This document shows positions 24,222 to 36,624 of a stretch of 64,000 bases of DNA, one piece after another (position 1 is the first letter of the stretch; each line of letters starts with the position of its first letter). The stretch is from Squalus acanthias. Its lineage: Eukaryota. Position numbers and translations under genes: made by a program. The notes below the pieces were generated by a model. The model made no database searches. It saw nothing but the letters and a program-made list of their open reading frames with translations, and was not told the DNA's origin. Where the stretch lies: positions 310,001-374,000 of the forward strand of contig JASTWF010000069.1 of the NCBI GenBank assembly GCA_030390025.1. The letters are read 5' to 3'.

Positions 24222-24790
24222 GCGGGGGGCAGTACTGAGAGAGCGCCGCACTGTCGGAGGGGCAGTACTGAGGGAGCGCCGCACTGTCGGGGGGGAGTAC
24301 TGAGGGAGTGCCACACTGTCGGAGGGGCAGTACTGAGGGAGTGCCGCACTGTCGGGGGGCAGTACTGACGGAGCGCCGCACTGTCGGGGGGCAGTACTGA
24401 GGGAGTGCCGCACTGTCGGAGGGGCAGTACTGAGGGAGCGCCGTACTGTCGGAGGGGCAGGACTGAGGGAGCGCCGCACTGTCGGAGGGGCAGTACTGAG
24501 GGAGCGCCACACTGTCGGAGGGGCAGTACTGAGGGAGCGCCGCACTGTCGGGGGGCAGTACTGAGGGAGTGCCGCATTGTCGGAGGGGCAGTACTGAGGG
24601 AGCGCCGCACTGTCGGAGGGGCAGGACTGAGGGAGCGCCGCACTATCGGAGGGGCAGTACTGAGGGAGCGCCGCACTGTCGGGGGGCAGTACTGAGGGAG
24701 CGCCGCACTGTCGGAGGGGCAGTACTGAGGGAGCGCCGCACTGTCGGCGGGGCAGTACTGAGGGAGCGCCGCATTGTCGGAGGGGCAGTT
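24222..24790. repeat. 33-bp minisatellite (reverse orientation)
   Basis: GGGGCAGTACTGAGGGAGCGCCGCACTGTCGGA units. Confidence 0.95.
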
Positions 24791-26070
24791 TTTTACAGAG
24801 TTTAAACCGAGACCCCGTCTGCCCTCTCAGGTGGATGTAAAAGATCCCACGGCCACTATTGGAAGAAGAGCAGGGGGGAGTTCTCCCCCGTGTCCTGGGA
24901 CCAATATTTATCCCTCAATCAACATCACTAAAACAGATTATCTGGTCATTATCACATTGCTGTTTGTGGGAGCTTGCTGTGCACAAAGTGGGTGCTGCGT
25001 TTCCTACATTACAACAGTGATCACACTTCAAAAAAGGTACTTCATTGGCTGTGAAGCGCTTTGGGACGTCCTGAGGTGGTGAAAGGCGCTGGAGAAATGC
25101 GAGTCTTTCTTTAATGTTGCTCCATGGTGTCCCTGCAATACCTCCCTTTGTCCACCGGGTGGTGCTGGTGCTCTGTTTACCATTGGCCCGTTGAGCTGGA
25201 CAACACCGCCATCTCCTGGCTGAGCACCATTAATACAGGAACCAAAACAACAACAACAACTTCCATTTATATAGTGCCTTTAACGCAGTAAAACGTCCCA
25301 AGGTGCTGTACAGGAGCAATTATCAAACAAATTTTGACACCGAGCCACATAAGGAGATATTAGGACAGGTGACCAAAAACTTGGTTAAAGAGGTAGGTTT
25401 TAAGGAGCGTCTTAAAGATGAGGAGAGAGGCGGAGAGGTTTAGGGAGGGAATTCCAGAGCTTGGGGCCCAGGCAGCTGAAGACACGGCCACCAATGGTGT
25501 AGCGATTAAAATCGGGGGATGCGCAAGAGGCCAGAATTGGAGGAGAGCAGAGATCTCGGAGGGTCAGAATCATAGAATGGTGACAGCACAGAAGGAGGCC
25601 ATTCGGCCTGTTGAGCCCGTGCCGGCTCTCTGCAAGAGCACTTCAGCCAGTCCCACTCCCCCGCCCTTTCCCCACAGCCCTGCAAAATTTGTTTCCTTCA
25701 GGTACTTATCCAATTCCCTTTTGAAAGCCACGGTTGAATCTGCCTCCACCACCATTTCAGGCAGAACATTCCAGATCCTCACCACTCGCTGCGTAAAAAA
25801 GATTTCCCCCATGTCACCTTTGGTTCTTCTACCAATCACCTTAAATCTGTGTCCTCTGGTTATTGACCCTCCCACCAATGGGAACAGTTTCTCTCTATCT
25901 GCTCTGTCCAGACTCCTCATGATTTTGAACACCTCTATCAAATCTCCTCTCAACCTTCTCTGCTCCAAGGAGAACAACCCCAGCTTCTCCAGTTTATCCA
26001 CATAACTGAAGTCCCTCATCCCTGGAACCATTCTCGTAAATCTCCTCCGCACCCTCTCCAAGGCCTTGAC
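24790..26070 (-). repeat. Inverted segmental copy of about 1490-4560 without its insertions
   Basis: 25105-25260 is the reverse complement of the unique stretch 2270-2420, with the same flanking SINE/L2/CR1 order. Confidence 0.85.
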
Positions 26071-26940
26071 ATTCTTTCTTTCAATTAGTAATCTCACTCT
26101 GAGGAGGTTGCACCGATGAAGGATGCTTCGGTTTGTGTGTCTGTATTTGTGTGTGACAGTATTGGTAGCAGTGACCACCGCACAGTCCTTGTTGAGACCA
26201 AGTCCCGTCTTCACACTGAGGACACCCTCCATCGTGTTGTGTGGCACTACCACCGTGCTAAATGGGATAGATTCAGAACAGATCTAGCGGCTCAAAACTG
26301 GGCATCCATGAGGATCTACGATACTAAGTCTTTCTTTAATATCGAACATAGAGATTATTAGGAGCCACACACTGAGATCAGGGCAAGCCTCGACATGATG
26401 TTGCCTCAGTTTTGTTTTCAGGGACATAATATGCATTAATTATCGTAACAATAGAGTGAGACTGTTCTCTGTACAGAAGAGATTACATCGTGAAACTTTC
26501 ATAGAAATTTACAGCACAGAAGGAGGCCATTCGACTCACCGTGTCTGTGCCAGCCGAATGAGCTATCCAGTCTAATCCCACTTTCCAGCTCTTGGTCCAT
26601 GGCCCTGTAGGTTACGGCAATTCAAGTGCATATCCAAGTACTTTTTAAATGCGATGAGGGTTTCTGCCTCTACCACCCTTTCAGGCAGTGAGTTCCAGAC
26701 CCCCACCACCCTCTGGGTGAAAAAAGTTCTCAACTCCCCTCTAATCCTTCCACCAATTACTTTAAATCACCACAGGCGGATGTAGGTTATTGGAATCTGA
26801 CCTCTCCCATCGCTCCGGGGCTAGAATTGACCAGGGATCTATTTGTGCTGGGGATGGTTCTGAAGCACTCGGTGCTGAAGGTCTCTGCTGTTAGTTTTGT
26901 GAGTGTGTCCCGGTCTGTTAATGGTTTATTCTGTCTCAAG

Positions 26941-27043
26941 ATCCTGGACTCTCTACTGGAGCAGCAGTTGGATTGGGAATCGGAATTCTTACTCTTCTTA
27001 CTCTTGCTGTCATTGGGGATTTCCTGATCCGAAAGCGACGGTG
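26941..27043 (+). CDS. Second TM exon copy (alternative or pseudo-exon)
   Basis: Acceptor TCTCAAG, donor GTGAGT; DPGLSTGAAVGLGIGILTLLTLAVIGDFLIRKRR. Confidence 0.55.
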
Positions 27044-28318
27044 GTGAGTTCTACAATGTGCCACAGTTTCCATTGTTGATTCTAGTTTTGTTCTATTACA
27101 CTTTGTGTTTAAAGATGTTGTGTGCAGCGATACACTTTGAGCTGTGTGCGATGCTTCAATGTAGCATTATCCCGTCACTTCCAGCTTGTTGTCATCTCTG
27201 TTGCTCCGTTCACTAGCCACCGGCTCCATCCCTCTCCCTGGCCACTGTCTGAGGCTGAACCAGTTCACAACCTCGGTGTCTTATTAGACCCTGAGCTGAG
27301 CTTCCGACCCGTATCCTCCCCATCACCAAGACCGCCTACTTCCACCTCCGTAACATCGCCCGTCTCCGCCCCTACCTCAGCTCATCTGCTGCTGAAACCC
27401 TCATCCATGCCTTACCGCAAAACTCGACCATTTCAAAACTCTCCATTTTGTATCCTAACTCTCACCAAGTCCCGTTCACCCATCACCCTCTGTGTTCACT
27501 GACCTACATTCATCCTCCTGTTCAAATCCCTCCGTGGCCTCCTCCAGCCCCACAACCCTCCGAGATCTCTGCATTCCTCCAGTTCTGGCCTCTTGAGCAT
27601 CCCTGATTTCCATCGCTCCACCACTGGCGGCCGTGCCTTCAGCTGCCTGGACCCTAAGCTCTGGAAGTCCCTCCATAAACCTCTCCGCCTCTCTGTCCTC
27701 CTTTAAGACTCTCCTTAAAACCTACCTCTTTGAGCAAGCTTTTGGTCGCATGTCCTAATATCTCCTTATGTGGCTCGCTGTCAAATTTTGTTTGATAATG
27801 CCACTGTGAAGCACCTTGGGCGATAAAGGCGCTATATAAATTCAAGCTGTTGCTCTATCTCCACTTGTGCTTACATTTTTCAAACCACCCCCTTGACCCG
27901 GCCATCAGTGATTCCGATCACTGAGAAGGCCATCCTGGATTTCCTTGTCTCCCTCAACATCCACATCTCCCTGCCCACCTCTTACCCCCCACTTTCCCCC
28001 TTTGCCCCCCGATGGGGAGAAGGAACTATTGCTGGGATCTCTAACTCTTCTCTGGCCCTTCCCCGTCACGATATTTCTGCCTCCGTTAGCCTGTTTGGCC
28101 ACTGCTAGAACAGGCTTGACCACATCAAGGAATACCATCTCCATCTGTGGCTCTCAGTACTTCAGGATCAGCCTGGAGAGTACGGACATGCCCAACATCC
28201 TCCTGTCTGATCTGATCCCCATCATCTTCAGCTCAGTGTTAACCCAGGTCCTCATCAATTCTTCTTAATCTCCAAAATTGAGGCTAGCTGTCATTTTTCT
28301 ATTTCTCTGGTTCCTCAG

Positions 28319-28458
28319 GCAGCACGGGTCCTGTGGAGTGTACAGCTCCTGCCCATTGCCTCCCCTATAAACCTCCTCTCCTCTACACTCTGCTCCATCA
28401 ACGTGCAGCTCCTGTGACACATTTTCCAGCTACCAGTGGTGCCCAGGATGTTGTGTAA
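28319..28458 (+). CDS. Second cytoplasmic exon copy
   Basis: Identical by eye to 22192-22331, including CAGGCAG. Confidence 0.45.
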
Positions 28459-29367
28459 TTTAATCGGTCTGTGCTCCTGAACGGCTCCTTTACACACTTG
28501 TCCAAAGTGTTGGATCCTTTGAACGTAACCTGCAGCCTGCTGGTTTCTCTCCTAGGAAACAAAATAGAGACTCCAGCAATCCAGAAGTAGCACCTACTGA
28601 CGACCCTATGACAAATGTGCCTTGTTCGGATGAAGCACGGGGCCTTGTGACAACAGCAGCTGAGCATCAGACTGGAGCGGCTGGAGAACAAATCATTCTG
28701 GGGAACCTGGCTGTCCAGCACTGACTGAATTTACGCTGCACTGTGCCTGGGTCAGGGAGGGACCGACCAGCCCGGTATTGTAGTTATCATAGAATCAGAG
28801 AATAGCACAGCACAGGAGGAGGCCATTCTATCCAGTGACTCCTGGAAGTGTTACCCCTTTACTGAAAACTGTCCAATCAGTAGTTCATTCTATTCTATAT
28901 CTCAGTATTACTGTGTCCAGGACCACCTTTAGCTCTGTAACCCACTGATCTGACTCTGAGATGTTGCCATATCAATGAGCAGGAATATCAGCTACATTCT
29001 GATTAATCACCTCTATTCAATCTCCCCGTAACCTTCTCTGCTCTAAGGAGAACAACCCCAGCTTCTCCAGTCTCTCCACATAACTTTACCGTTCTGGTAA
29101 ATCTCCTCCGCTCCCTCTCCAAGGCCTTGAGATCCTTCCTAAAGTGTGTGATGCCCTGAATTGCACACAATACTCCAGCTGGGGCCTAACCAGTGGTTTA
29201 TAAAGGTTATAGCAATAACTTCCTTGCTTTTGTATTCAATAACTGTATTTATAAACCCACGGACCTGTATCTCTCCACTAGCCTTTAACTTGAGAACCTT
29301 GGGCTCCCAAATCTCTTCACTCTACAGTTCCTCATCTCACTGTTTTATACACACAATTCATATTCTA

Positions 29368-30058
29368 GGGGGAAAAATTCGGTATTTGCGCCCGGTGCTA
29401 ATTATCACCTCCGCCTGCAAAATCCGCCTCTCTCGCCCCTGGAGGTGATTTGAGCGCTAAATCAGGCGCTACACACCTCTCGGCGCAAACGTCATGGAGC
29501 GAGGCGCTACCTCAAAACGCTACCGAAGCTCAGGTGATGCTAATTACCACGGAAGCCAGACAGACTGGCGCTGGCCAGCCACTCGCTGCTCATTGCAGCC
29601 TTGAATCTCGGCCTGGAGAGACGTTAAAAGCAATTGTGTTGGAAGCACTAATGGATAGGCGCAGGGAAAGAGCTCGGCGCTTAGGAACCTCAAAAGTGGT
29701 GCTGAGGGCCAAAACTCCTCAGGACAGCGTTAAAACCAAAAATTTTGCCGACAAGAAAAGGCAGGAAGGGCCCGCCTTTAAATAGTGCTCCTCGGCCCCT
29801 TCCCGACTTGAAAATGTTTCCCTCTACCTGTCATTCCTAGCGGCAGGCGCTAAGGCAGGGGGCGTGACTCAATATCCGGTCCGGGGCGTTGCACGTTTGA
29901 CTGATGTCACGATCTGCGGGTGCAGGAGACCGTGGCGGGAGCGTTTAGCGCTGCCGCAAAACGACTGGTCAATTTAGCTAGCGACGCTAAAATCGCCGCG
30001 CTCGGGCGCTAAGTTCCTAGCGCCCCCCGGAGGCACTAACCAACCGAATTTTTCCCCC
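29368..30058. mobile_element. Non-autonomous TIR element (MITE, Harbinger-like ends)
   Basis: Perfect 16-bp TIR GGGGGAAAAATTCGGT / ACCGAATTTTTCCCCC; truncated second copy about 45193-45800. Confidence 0.85.
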
Positions 30059-30289
30059 GAGAGGTTTTAAATAACGTCTTCACAACTGAAACTGCCTTAA
30101 TGACCAAAGATCGTGTGTATATTTATATATTTCTAACCCACTGGAATGTTTTTTGTATATGAAGTTTTTGATAAAAGCGGTGATTAAACAGAAGCCGGTG
30201 TTTATATTTGTCGATGTACAGTCTTATGTTCAATGACTCTGCTAGTCGTGGCCTTAACAGAGGTGATGCTGTGTACAGACAATGAGTCT

Positions 30290-33120
30290 CTTGATGCCAC
30301 GTGGAGTGAATCGAATTGGCTGTCGGCTGGCATCTGTGATGGTGGGGACCACAGGAGGAGGCCGAGATGGATCATCCACTCGGCACTTCTGGCTGAGGAT
30401 GGTTGCGAACTCTTCAGCCTTTTCTTTTGCACTCACGTGCTGGGCTCCACCATCATTGAGGATGGGGATGTTGACGGAGCCTCCTCCTCCTGTTAGTTGC
30501 TAACTGTCCACCACCAGTCACGACTGGATGTGGCAGGACTGCAGAGCTTTAACCCCCCTACCCCGGGATCCATTCATCCCTTCTGTTGAAAAATTGTAGA
30601 TGGCGGAATGGTGTAAGATAAAGATGGCATGAGAAACAATCTATCTATCTAAACTTGCATTTCTATAGCGCCTTTCACAACCTCTGGACGTCGCAAAGCA
30701 CTTCACAGCCAGTGACGTACTGTTGTAATGTAGCAACAATGGCAGCCAATTTCCACACAGCAAGCTCCCACAAACTGCAATGTGATAATGACCAGATCAT
30801 CTGTTTTATTTCAAGTAATGTTGGTTGAGGGATATTGACAGGACACCTGGGAGAACTCTCTCCTCTCTCTCTACCCTATCAAAACCTTGAATCAGCTGAA
30901 CACCTCGATTGGATCACCCTTTAATCTTCTAAACTCGAGGGAATGCAAGCCTAGTCTGTGCGACCTCTCTTCGTAATCTAACCCTTTTAGCCCTGGTATC
31001 ATTCCGGTGAATCTGCGCTGTACCATCTCCAAGGCCAATATATCCTTCCTGAGGTGCGTTGCCCAGGACTGAATGCAGTGACTCCAGGTGGGGTCTAACA
31101 AGATCGAACCTCTCTGATCCAATGAGGAGTTCGACAGCATAACTCATTATTCCAACCTTTACAATCTCGCACAGCGCCTTGCGATTATTTTTTTTGAACG
31201 CAGTGGTTTAATTTCTTTTACACACAGAACAAAGATAATGAGCGAGACGTCCAGAACAAACCCTTGATGTTTCTCAGCGTCGGCTGAATGAATACTTAAC
31301 GGGACAGGAATTAAAGAGCGAGTTTTATTAAAACCTCTCCCATTCACAAACTGGGGAGCAGTAACACTGTCGGTTGGCTTTGATTTTTCTCTAATATTTG
31401 TAAAGACATGGAGCGAAAGGGAGCGGGTGAGGGTCTGGGTGAGGGGCTTCCACTCACTCACTGGGGGGCTTGTGTCCCTGCACCACCAGGGTCGAAGCAC
31501 CAATCACTGTTGCGGGGCGGGTGGGGAGAGCAGCAATGGAATGCTGGCCTTTATATCGAGAGGACTAGAGTACAAGGGGGTAGAAGATATGATGCAGCCA
31601 CACAAAGCCCCGGTTAGACCACACCTGGAGCACTGTGAGCAGTTCTGGGCACCACACCTTAGGAAGGATATATTGGCCTTGGAGGGAGTGCAGCGTAGGT
31701 TTACCAGAATGATACCCGCACTCCAAGGGTTAAATTACCAGGAGAGATTACACAAACTAGGTTGTATTCCCTGGAATTTAGAAGGTTAAGGGATGAATTG
31801 AGGTTTCAAGGTATTAAAGGGAACTGATGGGGTAGATAGAGAGAAACTATTTCCACTGGTTGGAGATTCTAGGACGAGGGGGCAGAGTCTAAAAATTAGA
31901 GCCAGACCTTTCAGGGGTGAAGTTAGGAAACACTTCTACACACAAAGTAGAAGTTTGGAACTCTCTTCCACAAATGGCAATTGATGCTGGGCTAATTGTT
32001 CATTTTAAATCGGAGATTGATAGATTTTTGTTAACCAAAGGTATTAAGGTCTATGGGCCAAAGGCGGGTGGATGGAGTGAGGTCACAGATCAGCCATGAT
32101 CTCATTGAATGATGGAACAGGCTTGAGGGGCTGAATGGCCTCCTCCTGTTCCTAATCACTGTTGGTGCAAAAAAGATTCACAAGGATGATACCACAACTG
32201 AGAGGTTATACCGATCAGGGAAGATTGAACAGGCTCTGGAAAGAGAAGGGTGAGGGTGACCTGACAGAGGTCTTTAAAATAAGGAAAGTTGTTTGATAGG
32301 GTAAACGTAGAGAAGATGTTTCCATTTGTGGGGGAGACCAGAACTAGCGGCCATCAATATAAGAGAGTCACTAATAAATCCAATAGGGAACTCAGGAGAA
32401 ACTTCTTTACCCAGAGAGTGGTGAGAATGGGGAACTCGCTACCACAGGGAGTGGTTGAGGCGAAGAGCAGAGATGCATTTCAGGGGAAGCTGGATAAACA
32501 CATGAGGGAGAAAGGAATAGAAGGATATGGTGATGGGGTGAGATGAAGAGGGGTGGGAGGAGGCTGGTGTGGAGCACAAACACCGGCACGGACCAGTTGG
32601 GCCGAATGGCTTGTTTCTGTGCTGTGGACTCGATGTAACTTTGGTCGGTGCTCAACGCTACCCTCCGGTGGCCAGCCAATATACAGCAGTTCAATGTGCA
32701 GAAAGAAAGACTCGCATTTCTCCCGCGCCTTTGATGACCTCAGGACGTCCCGAGGCGCTTTACAGCCAATGAAGTATTTTTGCAGCGTGGTCACTGTTAT
32801 AATGCAGGAAACGCAGCAGCAACTTTGTGCACAGCAAGCTCCCACAAACAGCAATGTGATAAATGACCAGATCATCTGTTTTAGTGATGTTGGTTGTGGG
32901 ATAAATATTGGCCCCAGGACACCGGGGAGAACTCCGCCCGCCCCCCCCCCCCCCGTCCCTCCCCTGCTCTTCTACAGAGTGGCCATGGGATCTTTACGTG
33001 CACCTGAAAGAGCAGATGGGGCCTTGGTTTAATGTCTCACCCGAAATATGGCATCTCCAGTTCTGGTCTCCCGCGCAGGTGGAAACATCTCTACGTCTAG
33101 CCTATCGAACTCCTTCTGGG
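30290..33120. mobile_element. Mixed LINE (mostly CR1) and SINE fragments, with a unique gap about 31140-31530
   Basis: HLRKDILALE, RRNFFTQRVV motifs; Deu-type SINE bodies about 30655-30860 and 32700-33040. Confidence 0.8.
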
Positions 33121-34021
33121 TCTCAGGAGGGAGCGCCGCACTGTCGGAGGAGCAGTACTGAGGGAGAGCCGCACTGTCGGAGGGGCAGTACTGAGGGAGA
33201 GCCGCACTGTCGGAGGGGACAGTACTGAGGGAGCGCCGCACTGTCGGAGGGACAGTACTGAGGGAGAGCCGCACTGTCGGAGGGGACAGTACTGAGGGAG
33301 CGCCACACTGTCGGAGGGACAGTACTGAGGGAGTGCCGCACTGTCGGAGGGACAGTACTGAGGGAGCGCCGCACTGTCGGAGGGGCGGTACTGAGGGAGC
33401 GCCGCACTGTCGGAGGGGGCAGTACTGAGGGAGCTGCCGCACTGTCGGAGGGTCAGTACTGAGGGAGCACCGCACTGTCAGAGGGGCAGTAATGTGGAAA
33501 TATGATTTTGCCCTTACCAGTGCATGATGGGATACTTGACATCTAATGTATCATGTACCATTGCCTGTGGACGAAAAAGTCGAGTCACCAGCAACTAACA
33601 TAACGACATCTGGCCAAAGAATGAAAAACAATTCTGTTAAAGGTCAATCTCGTTTCTCTTTATCTGCCTGAATACTGAAATAGCTTTGTACTGAGTTGAC
33701 TGCCTACCTTTATACATGATCATATGGAACTGGTGTTCTCCACTGTACAAACATGATAATCAGACATGAGTGAGTTAATCATCCTTTTGGTAACAAGACT
33801 CAGACAATGCCTCCTGACAGAATATAATTAACTTACCTTGTCTGAAGACATTTCTGTCCTGCTGACCTTGAGTCTCCCGACAACTGGACAACCTGGAACA
33901 CTACAGACAGTTACCCACAGATCCGACCAAAGAACACACCCGCCAACTCAATAGACTGATCAAGACCTTCGATCCAGACCTTCAAAGCATCCTACGCGCT
34001 CTCATCCCACGTACTCCCCGC

Positions 34022-35602
34022 GTGGGAGACTTCTACTGCCTCCCAAAGATACACAAAGCCAACACACCCGGACGTCCTATCGTATCAGGCAACGGAACCC
34101 TGTGTGAGAACCTCTCTGGATACGTCGAGGGCATCCTGAAACCCATCGTACAGGGAACCCCCAGCTTCTGCCGCGACACCACAGACTTCTTGCAGAAACT
34201 CAGCACCCATGGACCTGTTGAACCAGGAACACTCCTCGCCACGATGGACGTATCGGCACTCTACACCAGTATCCCCCACAATGACGGCATCGCTGCGACA
34301 GCCTCAGTACTCAACACCAACAACAGCCAATCTCCAGACGCCATCCTACAACTCATCCGCTTCATCCTTGACCACAATGTCTTCACCTTTGATAACCATT
34401 TTTTTACCCAAACACACGGAACAGCCATGGGGACCAAATTCGCACCCCAATACGCCAACATCTTCATGCACAAGTTCGAGCAAGACTTCTTCGCTGCACA
34501 GGACCTCCAGCCAACGCTGTACACCAGATACATCGACGACCTTTTCTTCCTTTGGACCCACGGCGAAGGATCACTGAAAAGACTACACGATAACATCAAC
34601 AAGTTCCATCCCACCATCAAACTCACCATGGACTACTCCTCAGAATCAGTTTCATTCCTGGACATACGAATCTCCATCAAAGACGGACACCTCAGCACTT
34701 CACTCTACCGCAAGCCCACGGACAACCTCACGATGCTCCACTTCTCCAGCTTCCACCCTAACCACGTTAAAGAAGCCATCCCCTATGGACAAGCCCTGCG
34801 AATACACAGGATCTGCTCAGACGAGGAGGAACGCGATGGACACCTACGGACGCTGAAAAACGCCCTCGTAAGAACGGGATATGACACTCGACTCATCGAT
34901 CGACAGTTCCGACGGGCCACAGCGAAAAATCGCATAGACCTCCTCAGAAGGCAAACACGGGACACAACCAACAGGGTACCCTACGTCGTTCAGTACTTCC
35001 CCGGAGCGGAGAAACTACGCCATGTTCTTCGCAGCCTTCAACATGTCATCGATGACGACGAACACCTCGCTAAGGCCATCCCCACACCTCCACGACTTGC
35101 CTTCAAACAGCCGCCTAACCTCAGAAGTACCATCGTTCGCAGCAATTTACCCAGCTTTCAGGATAACAGCGACCACAACACCACACAACCCTGCCATGGC
35201 AACCTCTGCAAGACATGCCAGATCATCAACACAGATACCACCATCACACGTGAGGACACTAACCACCAGGTACATGGTACATACTCATGTGACTGGGCCA
35301 ACGTTGTCTACCTGATACGTTGCAGGAAAGGATGCCCCAGAGCATGGTACATCGGCGAGACCATGCAGACACTGAGACAACGTATGAACGGACACCGCGC
35401 AACAATCGCCAGACAGGAGTGTTCCCTCCCAGTCGGGGAACACTTCAGCAGTCAAGGACATTCAGCCTCGGATTTGCGGGTAAATGTTCTCCAAGACGGC
35501 CTTAGAGACACACGACAACGCAAAATCATCGAGCAGAAACTGATAGCCAAGTTCCGCACTCATGAGGACGGCCTCAACCGGGATCTTGGGTTCATGTCAT
35601 GA
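34022..35602 (+). CDS. Penelope-like RT + GIY-YIG endonuclease (frame open from about 33878; stop 4 codons early)
   Basis: 526-aa ORF; the copy at 3570-3962 ends SRYMT* while this one ends MS*. Confidence 0.9.
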   Translation: MGDFYCLPKIHKANTPGRPIVSGNGTLCENLSGYVEGILKPIVQGTPSFCRDTTDFLQKLSTHGPVEPGTLLATMDVSALYTSIPHNDGIAATASVLNTNNSQSPDAILQLIRFILDHNVFTFDNHFFTQTHGTAMGTKFAPQYANIFMHKFEQDFFAAQDLQPTLYTRYIDDLFFLWTHGEGSLKRLHDNINKFHPTIKLTMDYSSESVSFLDIRISIKDGHLSTSLYRKPTDNLTMLHFSSFHPNHVKEAIPYGQALRIHRICSDEEERDGHLRTLKNALVRTGYDTRLIDRQFRRATAKNRIDLLRRQTRDTTNRVPYVVQYFPGAEKLRHVLRSLQHVIDDDEHLAKAIPTPPRLAFKQPPNLRSTIVRSNLPSFQDNSDHNTTQPCHGNLCKTCQIINTDTTITREDTNHQVHGTYSCDWANVVYLIRCRKGCPRAWYIGETMQTLRQRMNGHRATIARQECSLPVGEHFSSQGHSASDLRVNVLQDGLRDTRQRKIIEQKLIAKFRTHEDGLNRDLGFMS

Positions 35603-35932
35603 TACATGACGTAGAGTTATCCAGACTCAAGTCGTCGTTGGCTTGTTCACAGATGTGATTTCCAGTAAAAGAAAAAGTAAAAATTTTAAAGTTTATCGTT
35701 TTCCATACAGACTGCAGCTTTTGACACATTAGACCCCCTGTAACTCCACCTCATTGTCTCAGTTGTATCTTGCTATGTCTTTGATGGGGTGCCTTCCTGG
35801 CTGACCTGATTGTTTGTCTGCCGAGGTGTGACAAAAGGCAGTCAGGAGGATTAAATGTAGTCGTCTGCCATTGTACGCTTCACATGCATTGTTCTCTATC
35901 TATATATGCTTTGTCGATTTGTATTCCTTTAC

Positions 35933-35970
35933 TTCACCTGACGAAGGAGCAGCGCTCCGAAAGCTTGTGA
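35933..35970 (+). ncRNA. Minimal hammerhead ribozyme motif (family 1)
   Basis: TCAC-CTGACGA-A-GGAGC(AGC)GCTCC-GAAA-GCTT-GTGA. Confidence 0.75.
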
Positions 35971-36624
35971 TTTCAAATAAAACTGTTGGACTATAACCTG
36001 GTGTTGTGCGACTTCTCACTTTTGTCCACCCCAGTCCAACACCGGCGTTTCCGCATCATGACCTTGAGTGTCTTTGTTTAAACTCTTAATTCGTTTAAGA
36101 TGATACAATACCATTACACGTGATTTATGGAACGCTTGCCTGTTTTAATGTATAAATATGCTGCATTCGCTAATGTTCTTTGGAGTGTGAGCCTAGCCAT
36201 TGACTAGACTCTCGCTCCCCTTGTGCAAGTAAAAGAATAAAGCTTTGTTTATCTGACGGTACAGTTTGTTACAGAGTCTTACTCAGAGTCGAGACTTCGA
36301 CAGTACTGAGGGAGCGCCGCACTGTCGGAGGGGCAGTACTGAGGGAGCGCCGCACTGTCAGAGGGGCAGTACTGAGGGAGCGCCGCACTGTCGGAGGGGC
36401 AGTACTGAGGGAGCGCCGCACTGTCGGAGGGGCAGTACTGAGGGAGTGCCGCACTGTCGGAGGGTCAGTACTGAGGGAGCGCCGCACTGTCGGAGGGGCA
36501 GTACTGAGGGAGTGTTGTTGTTTGGCGAACCGACCTCTACCTAGCGGAAGTTGAACGCCAACTCTCTGACACCTCCTCCTACCTCCACCTGGACCATGAC
36601 CCCACTACCGAACATCAAGCCACC

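Larger units (their letters stand above)
26786..28748 (+). repeat. Direct duplicate of the TM + tail cassette (about 20665-22628)
   Basis: Near-identical at about 6.12 kb offset. Confidence 0.95.
33874..36058 (+). mobile_element. Penelope-like retroelement family 1 (Neptune-like), 5' truncated
   Basis: RT (YCLPKIHK, RPIVS, DVSALYT, GTAMG, RYIDD), Cys linker PCHGNLCKTC, GIY-YIG; duplicated TGACCTTGAGT at 33863-33873 and 36059-36069. Confidence 0.95.
33493..36302 (+). mobile_element. Solo LTR (about 620 bp) interrupted by a Penelope-like element
   Basis: TGT...ACA ends, imperfect 4-bp TSD GTAA/GTAC, TATAAATA about 36151, AATAAA about 36236. Confidence 0.75.
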
